A stretch of DNA of 64,000 nucleotides. Origin: Eledone cirrhosa (Eukaryota). How positions within the stretch are numbered: position 1 is the first letter of the stretch; every line of letters starts with the position of its first letter. A program made the translations under genes and the position numbers. Below the pieces are notes generated by a model. That model ran no database searches. It was not told the origin of the DNA and saw only the letters and a list, made by a program, of their open reading frames with translations. The stretch spans positions 88,536,001 through 88,600,000 of the forward strand of contig OZ024743.1 in the NCBI GenBank assembly GCA_964016885.1, written 5' to 3'. Of the stretch, positions 39,101 through 48,100 are shown piece after piece.

Positions 39101-42100
39101 GAAGCCTTTTGCAGCTAGCAGTGGTAGTAGTTCCCTAAACTTCTTCCATCCCGTTCTTACCCTAGTTATTGTACTTTCTGAGCACCCACCTCCGTTGCTA
39201 ATTCGGTCACCTAGGTAGCAGAAGCTGTCTACTGTTTCTACAGGGCCCTCCCAGAGATTGGTGGTACTTGTTTCCTGTGGCTGTTTGCTTGCTGTTTCAG
39301 CACAGCTGCTGCATGTGAATCCTACATTCTTAATTAAGCTTCCTGAGATCCCGCTACATCTCTTGTGTACCCATTGTTTGCATTTGGGGCAAAGAATGGA
39401 GTTCCTACCTACACCTTTCCTACATACTGAGCAAGGCCATTTCCCTGAGGGGATCTGGGTTCTGTTTTCTCGTCTACTTATAAGGACCTTAGTCTTTGTC
39501 ATGTTGACTTTGAGGCCCTTTCTCTCTAGTCCCTGCTTCCAGGTTTGGAATTTATTCTCTAGTTCTACCATAGATTCAGCTATGAGTGCGAGGTCATCAG
39601 CATACAGGAGTTCCCATGGGCATCCGGTCTTAAACTCCTCCGTTATTGCCTGCAGGACTATGATGAACAGGAGAGGGCTAAGAACAGAGCCCTGGTGGAC
39701 CCCAACCTGTACGCTAAATTCCTCGCTATACTCATTGCCAATCCTAACTTTGCTGACTGCTCCCCTATACATGGCTTGTACCGCTTTCACAAGCCATTCA
39801 TCTACTCCTAGTTTTCTAAGAGCCCACCAGATTACTGCACGTGGAACTCTGTCAAAGGCTTTCTCAAGGTCGACAAATGCCAAGTAGAGTGGCTTACTTT
39901 TAGCTAGGTACTTTTCCTGTAATTGCCTCACAAGGAAGAGCGCATCAGTGGTGCCTTTCCCTGGAACAAACCCAAATTGCATCTCGTCTATATTCACCCG
40001 GTCCCTAATCAGCTGTGCTATAACTCTTTCTGTTACTTTCATGACCTGGTCCATCAACTTTATACCTCTATGTAATGTAAATGCTAAAATTTTCCATGCT
40101 AGCAAGGGTTAGACCATTAATAAGTTCTGGTTCATCTATGTACAGTGAGTAACTCTGGTTCATCTATGTACAGTGACTAACCCTGGTTCATCTATGTACA
40201 GTGACTAACCCTGGTTCATCTATGTACAGTGAGTAACTCTGGTTCATCTATGTACAGTGACTAACCCTGGTTCATCTATGTACAGTGACTAACCCTGGTT
40301 CATCTATGTACAGTGAGTAACTCTGGTTCATCTATGTACAGTGACTAACCCTGGTTCATCTATGTACAGTGACTAACCCTGGTTCATCTATGTACATTAA
40401 TAAACTGTGGTTCATCTATGTACACTGACTAACTCTGGTTCATCTATGTACAGTGAGTAACTCTGGTTCATCTATGTACAGTGACTAACCCTGGTTCATC
40501 TATGTACAGTGACTAACTCTGGTTCATCTATGTACAGTGAGTAACTCTGGTTCATCTATGTACAGTGACTAACCCTGGTTCATCTATGTACAGTGAGTAA
40601 CTCTGGTTCATCTATGTACAGTGACTAACCCTGGTTCATCTATGTACAGTGACTAACTCTGGTTCATCTATGTACAGTGACTAACCCTGGTTCATCTATG
40701 TACAGTGAGTAACTCTGGTTCATCTATGTACAGTGACTAACCCTGGTTCATCTATGTACAATGACTAACTCTGGTTCATCTATGTACAGTGAGTAACTCT
40801 GGTTCATCTATGTACAGTGAGTAACTCTGGTTCATCTATGTACAGTGACTAACCCTGGTTCATCTATGTACAATGACTAACTCTGGTTCATCTATGTACA
40901 ATGACTAACTCTGGTTCATCTATGTACAGTGAGTAACTCTGGTTCATCTATGTACAGTGAGTAACTCTGGTTCATCTATGTACAGTGACTAACCCTGGTT
41001 CATCTATGTACAGTGAGTAACTCTGGTTCATCTATGTACAGTGACTAACCCTGGTTCATCTATGTACAGTGACTAACTCTGGTTCATCTATGTACAGTGA
41101 GTAACTCTGGTTCATCTATGTACAGTGACTAACCCTGGTTCATCTATGTACAGTGAGTAACTCTGGTTCATCTATGTACAGTGACTAACCCTGGTTCATC
41201 TATGTACAGTGAGTAACTCTGGTTCATCTATGTACACTGACTAACTCTGGTTCATCTATGTACAAATAGGGTTGACATTTTATTTGTTGCTGGTGCCAAC
41301 TCAAACGGATTCCTTGGGTTGGTTTTGGGTTTTAAAGAAAATACAACCCCTCCCCTTCCTGTATAAAGTGACCTTGCTTATTTTCTTATACAAACTCTGG
41401 GTCCCTTTTTCCTCACATACATGCAGCCCCCTCTCCCCGTTCCATCCAAAATACAGTAGGCCTCGTATACAAGCACCAGGTCCCTTTGCCCTCTTGTAGT
41501 GTGTGTGTGTGTGTGTGTCCCCATCACATGCAAACTGATACGTTTCAGAAATATTTGATATTGTTTAAATTGTAATTAATTTTAATTGAAACATTTTGTT
41601 TGTATTTCAGGTTAGTTTTCAGCCAAAGTTTACTGTCATTAGATTTATTAGAAGATTTCTTGGAATATGTTGACACTATCGCCCAGAAAGAGCAAGAAGA
41701 GAAAGAGAAAGAGAAAGAGAAGGAGAAGGAGAAAGAAAAAGAAAGTAGTAATAAGGTAAAAAAAAAAAAATATATATATATATATATAACCCCTAAGCTA
41801 TGTGCCTCCACAATGTACCATATATACTTGTATATACTTGTAAGAAATATGACAAAAATCAGTGATAAAATGGCGGGGTGGGTTTGGTTCATATTTGATG
41901 TCAATATTTTGCTAATTTTCTGCCTCTTCAACATCTACGTAAAAAAGGCTCAAAAATATCTAGTGGTTGTTTTACAATGAAACAATGTTTTACTACATTT
42001 TAGAAGCATTTTTACAGATATGTATATAGTCAGTACAGGAGAGGGGAAGATGTTGCTATTGTTGTATGCTTTAAAAAAAAAGAAAACAAAGATTGGGAAA

Positions 42101-45100
42101 TTTTTTTGAAATTTATAAAACTAGGATTTTTTTCAACATACTGACGTGTGTGTGTGTATGTGCATATGCATACATTTATATGTATGAGTATATAAATATA
42201 AACATGTGCAAAAATAGACACACTTACAAAAATACACATTCACTCAAACATGCGTACACATTCACTCAGTGTAGCAAATGGAACGCCAGCTGCAGTTTTG
42301 CTATACCTTTTTCACCCTCCTCTTCCTTCCTTTTACACACATTGTATGATGGACGAAAGTGGCTCAAATTTATATATAGATTGATGAAATGGTAAAAAGT
42401 CATTATGTAATAGAGTTGTGGAACAAAAACTACACTCTAAACGACACAAACACTTTAGTTATCAAAATATTAAAACTTCATAAAAGATATTTTCTACTCT
42501 TGAGAATTTACAAACCCATGCTATCTAAACATATGCTGATTAGCTACCTTGGCTTATACACAGGGTTTGCTCAAGCATAAAATAAAGGAGAAAAGGGTCA
42601 GCTTATATACTGATAGGTCCATACACGAGTATATATGGTATATAAGGCAGCAAATTGGCAGAATGTCATATAGAATGATTTATGATATTTGTTTCTGACT
42701 CTGCTCTCTCAGTTCAAATCCCACCAAAGTTAACTTTGCTTTTCATCCTTTCGAGTTTGATAAAAAAAGTACTAGTCAAGTACTGGGATCGGTTCTTCCT
42801 CTCTCTGGAAGAAATCTGCTGTACTCGGGCCTGGAGAGGGATGGGATCCGCTAGGCTTATAAAATTCTCAAGAAATGCCGTATGGAGTTAAGGGACCATA
42901 TATATAGTATTTGTATAACAACATCCAGCAGAAAATATCAAATCATTTTCCATTCCAGAAAAAGAAAGATAATGACAAAAACAAAGAAGAAAAAGAAGCA
43001 TTTGGCAAATCTTGGATAAAAGGAGCTGACTACTTTCGACTAGATGGCTCTACTCCTGCTCTCTACCGTAAGAAATGGTCAGAGGTTTTCAATGATACAG
43101 AGAATTACAGGTAAACTTCATATACCCTTTCACGATGTATTATGTGTGCCTATACTGTCTTTATTTCTTCTTTAATTTCTCATTCTTTCTTCTGATGAAG
43201 GACTAGCATTGGAAACATTAAGACCCTTTTCCTGCTATTTCAAGTGTTAAACTAATATATTCCTTCCATGTACTGTGCCGTTTGTTTTGTTATTTCTGTT
43301 TACCTTTTACATATAAATATATATATTGGATGTGCAATATAAATGTGAGAGAAAGGTAGAGCTTGGATGAACTGAGGGAGAAACTGGGTTTAAGAAGAAT
43401 CCAAGGTGGTGTGAGGGAGAGAAGACTGCATCAGTACGGACATGTGATGTGCATGGATGATCGTTGTGTAAAGAAGTGCCAATGGAAGGAAGCTGCGGTG
43501 GAGGTAGATCAAGAAAGACCTGGGCAGAGGTGGTGAGAGCTGACCTCAAATCACTGAGACTAACTGAGATGAAGAAACACAGTGAGTGTTGAGATGCTGA
43601 CCTGAGAAGGACCCATCCAGCCCATGCAAGCTTGCAAGAATGGATGTAAAAACGATGATGATTATATATATATATATATATATATATAATCATCATCGTT
43701 TTTACATCCATTCTTTACACAACGATCATCATCCATGCACATCACATGTCCGTACTGATGCAGTCTTCTCTCCTTCAGTTCATCCAAGCTCTACCTTTCT
43801 CTCACATTTACATTGCACATCCAATATATATATTTATATGTAAAAGGTAAACAGAAATAACAAAACAAACGGCACAGTACATTGAAGGAATATATTAGTT
43901 TAACACTATATATATATATATATAAAAATCTAGCTTGAAGAGGAAATGTGGGAACTACCATATTTCTAAGTGTCACTGAAATGCCATGATGGATACACAG
44001 TCAAACATATATAATTGTTTCTACTTTTGGCACAAGGCCAGCAATTATACCAGTGCATTACTGGTACTATATATAATGGCACTCCAACAGCTGGCTCCGT
44101 CAGTTATAGGAACCTGATTGATTGATTGATACATTATATAATGTGACATGTGTGTAAATTTGTAATGTATGTATATGTAACATGTATGCTAGAGTGGAAG
44201 GTGGACGTTAAATGATGATGATGATGATGATATGTAACGTGTGTGTATGTGTATATATATATCTATCTATATGTAACATGTACATATGTAACATATATAT
44301 GTTACATTGTCGATACTCCACATTGTGACTCTAAGACATACCCACATTGTATCTTCATATTTGTTGCCACTTAGTTGCAGTATTTATTCTCTCTAATATT
44401 AATATTTCTTTCTTTTATTTCTAGAGCTCGGTTATTTTTAATTTCCACCAAGGCTGGATCCCTTGGTATCAATCTTGTAGCTGCCAATAGAGTAATTATT
44501 TTTGATGCTTCCTGGAATCCCTCGCATGATATACAGTCAATTTTCCGAGTATATCGTTTTGGTCAAATAAAACCAGTATATATTTATCGACTTGTTGCGC
44601 AGGTCAGTTAATAAGTATTTTGTATTATATATTGTGGTTTGTATTGTTGCATGGGTGCAGGCATGGTTGTGTGGTTAAGGTGTTTGCTTGACAACTCCAG
44701 GGTTTCAATTTCACTTTGTGTATGTGTCTTCTGTACTATAGTCTCAGGTTGACCAATATTGTGTGGGGGGAAATTTGGTAGATTGAAACTGCAGAAGCTT
44801 GTGTGTATGATGATGATCCAAAGTACTGACTGTGGGAATGTTAGGCGGGGCCCCTGACCTATCTGAAAAGTCGCTTTAAGTATTGTCTTGGTCTCTGACA
44901 AACTGTTTAACCCTTGCTAGCAGAGAAATCAGGCATTAGATGATGGATGAATAGATAGATATAGATATATAAATAGAATGCAATAAGAGAAGACAGACTG
45001 TTGAATGAGGTGTTAGATTAAACAAGATAAACAAAAGGCGAAAAAGAAGACACATTGTGGGCAATATATATTTATATATAGAACAAAAGAAATGTGTATA

Positions 45101-48100
45101 ATGAGAATAATATGTATATCATCATTATCATTTTACGTCTGCTTTTCCTTGCTTGCTAGGATGGAACGGGTCCTGTGAATATATATATATAATGTGTGTG
45201 TTTGATTGAATATATATTTGTCTGAATATATGTGTGTGTTTATGCCCTGGAACTTAATAGTTCAAAAAGAGAATGATAAAATAAGTACCAGGCTTGAAAT
45301 ATAAAAAAAGGACAGGTTGATAAGATCGGCTGTATCTTTTTAAGGTACTGCCCCAGTTTTGGCCTCAGTCTAACGACTCAAGCCAGTAAAAGAATTTTTG
45401 AAAGGGTAATATTAGTGAACATTGAAATGAAACAAGTGAGTATGAGTATACATATTGTTAAGTGAGTTAAATGTTTAAATTTGTATTGTAGGGTACAATG
45501 GAAGAGAAGATCTATGACAGACAGGTAATCAAACAAGCCCTGTCCCAGCGTGTTGTTGATGAACATCAAATTGAACGACATTTCACGCAAGCAGATTTAC
45601 AAGAGCTGTTTGTATTTAAGCCTGAAAGGGTTGATGATCCTAATAATCCAGAAAGACCGACTCCTATGTTACCAAAGGTAGGAAACATTCTTTTCTCACA
45701 TTATAAACTATAGTCAGTTTTATCCTTTAGATATTATTTACAACCAATGATTAGTGCAAGTTCAGCAATAGAGAGACAATTGCAGGTTGATTTGCAGTGT
45801 GAGCTATTGGTTAAAGTTTGGACTTAACGATCAATGTTGTGGGTTTGATTCCTGGACACAAGTAGTGTGTTGTGTTCTTGAGCAAAATACTTCATTTTAC
45901 ATTGATCCAGTACACTGAATTGAAAATGAATCCCAGCAATAACTGGGAGTTAACTTAGTAATGGACTGTATGTCCTGTCCAGTGAGGAATCATGTATTCT
46001 CAGTCGCTTAACTTCAATGAAACTGGGATATGTATCGGCCTGATAAACCTCAGAAGAAAAAAAACATTCTGTATTGACCATGGCATTAGGGTGTCTATCT
46101 ATAGAAACCATGTCAAAATATTGACCTGTCTAGCCTCAGATTCTGACAACCCTTGTCAACATGGAAATTGGTTGTAGAATGATGATGATGACTGGTGCTG
46201 GTGATGTTGGATTAGGGATTATTGATGATAGTGGTAGTAATGTTATATCAAGGACTGATGGAGGTAGTGGTGGTGAAGGTGATATATCGGGGACTGATGG
46301 TGGTAGTGTTATATCAGGGGCTGTTGGTAGTAGTGGTGGTGAAGGTGTTATATCAGGGGCTGTTGGTAGTAGTGGTGGTGAAGGTGTTATATCAGGGGCT
46401 GTTGGTAATAGTGGTGGTGAAGATGTTATATCAGGGACTGTTGGTAGTAGTGGTGGTGGAGATGTTTTTCAGGGACTGTTGGTAGTAGTGGTGGTGGAGA
46501 TGTTTTTCAGGGACTGTTGGTAGTAGTGGTGGTGAAGATGTTATATCAGGGACTGTTGGTAGTAGTGGTGGTGGAGATGTTTTTCAGGGACTGTTGGTAG
46601 TAGTGGTGGTGGAGATGTTTTTCAGGGACTGTTGGTAGTAGTGGTGGTGAAGGTGTTATATCAGGGGCTGTTGATGGTAGTGGTGGCCTCTCATATTAAT
46701 GCAAATGTAAACTGTTTTGTTTGTAGGATCGGATGTTAGCTGAACTGTTGCAAGAACAGAAGAAATGGATTGTGGCGTACCATGAACATGATTCTCTTTT
46801 GGAGGATCAAGAGGAAGAGAAGTTGACGGAAGAAGAACGAAAAACTGCTTGGGAAGAATTTGAAAATGAGAAGAAAGGCATTGTACGAAGAGGTAAAATA
46901 TATTTTTATTTCTATTTATCCAACATAAAACAAAGTGTGATGTATGGAATGTGTGGTGTGTATATATGGACATATATAACATTAATCTTGCACTGTTAAA
47001 GTTTTATGAAGTAGTGAGTTGGCAGTTGTTAGAGCATAGGAAAAAATGTCTAGCTGTATTTGTTTCGCCTTTATTTCTATTTCGTGTTCCAGCCAAAAGA
47101 CTGAGGCCATGCTGTGGCACTGCCTCTCAGGATTGATTTCAAATCTTGAATCCAACTTTGCTTTCCATCCTTTCGGGGTTGATAAAATAAAGTGCCACTC
47201 GTAGGCAGTAAATTAAGAGAATTATTAAAGTGTTTACTCCTCTTTCTATTCTTAGTTCAAATTGCACTGCTTGGGTGATAAGACTTAAATCCTTTGCTTG
47301 GTTTAACATCATTTGACCCTCCCTGTTGCAAGCATTTAGGCTGCTGGATGTTCAGTTTGAGAAGAACGATCTCTTTCTCTTCCACTAGTTTTAGAAGTTC
47401 TGAAAAGGGTCACAGGCACTCCCCTTCTCCCTTCAGTAAGCAATAGAAAAATAGACTAATATGGTCTGACATATATTTCTACTATAAACCATGAACTAGT
47501 GTGGTAAATATGGTATCAACCCTTCACTTCCAATTGTTGAGTTCCTTGATTGGATCCAGTATTCCTGCCCCACCATGTTGCTTCTCCTCAATTTCAGATA
47601 ACGCTGCCACATAAGAGTATTTATTTCTCTTACCCCTTTCTTTACCATATTACTGATCAGACACTGACTATAGTTTCAAAATTATTTTGAAACTCTCACT
47701 ATTAAGCTGGTGTTTGAAACATATATTAACAAAAATTCTCACATAAAATTATGATGGGAGGATTCTAGATATAAACACCTTAAAACAAACAGTTTTGAAT
47801 CATAGAACCACGGGAAGGTGGTTTCAAGTGGTTTGGTATCAAAATAGTTATCTTGTTCTAGGAGTATAACTTGAGAAAAATTCTCACATAAAATTATGAT
47901 GGGAGGATTCTAGATAAATATAAACACTTTAAAGCAGTTTTGTATCATAAAAGCATGGAATAGTTCCAAGTGATTTGGTATCAAAATGGTTAATTTGGTG
48001 TTTTCTTCTCATTTGTTACAACAGGTCCAACGCAAGTGCAGTATGTGCAGGGTGTGAACTACTCAGTAAACCAGCCTTATATGAACCAACAGGTGAATAT

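Noticed and set aside
40117-41263. CRISPR-like regular 28-bp repeats
   Set aside because: No unique spacers, no cas genes, eukaryotic intron; a plain minisatellite
46161-46523. Gly/Ser-rich 120-aa ORF
   Set aside because: Translation of the 39-bp intronic minisatellite, with no fitting splice sites
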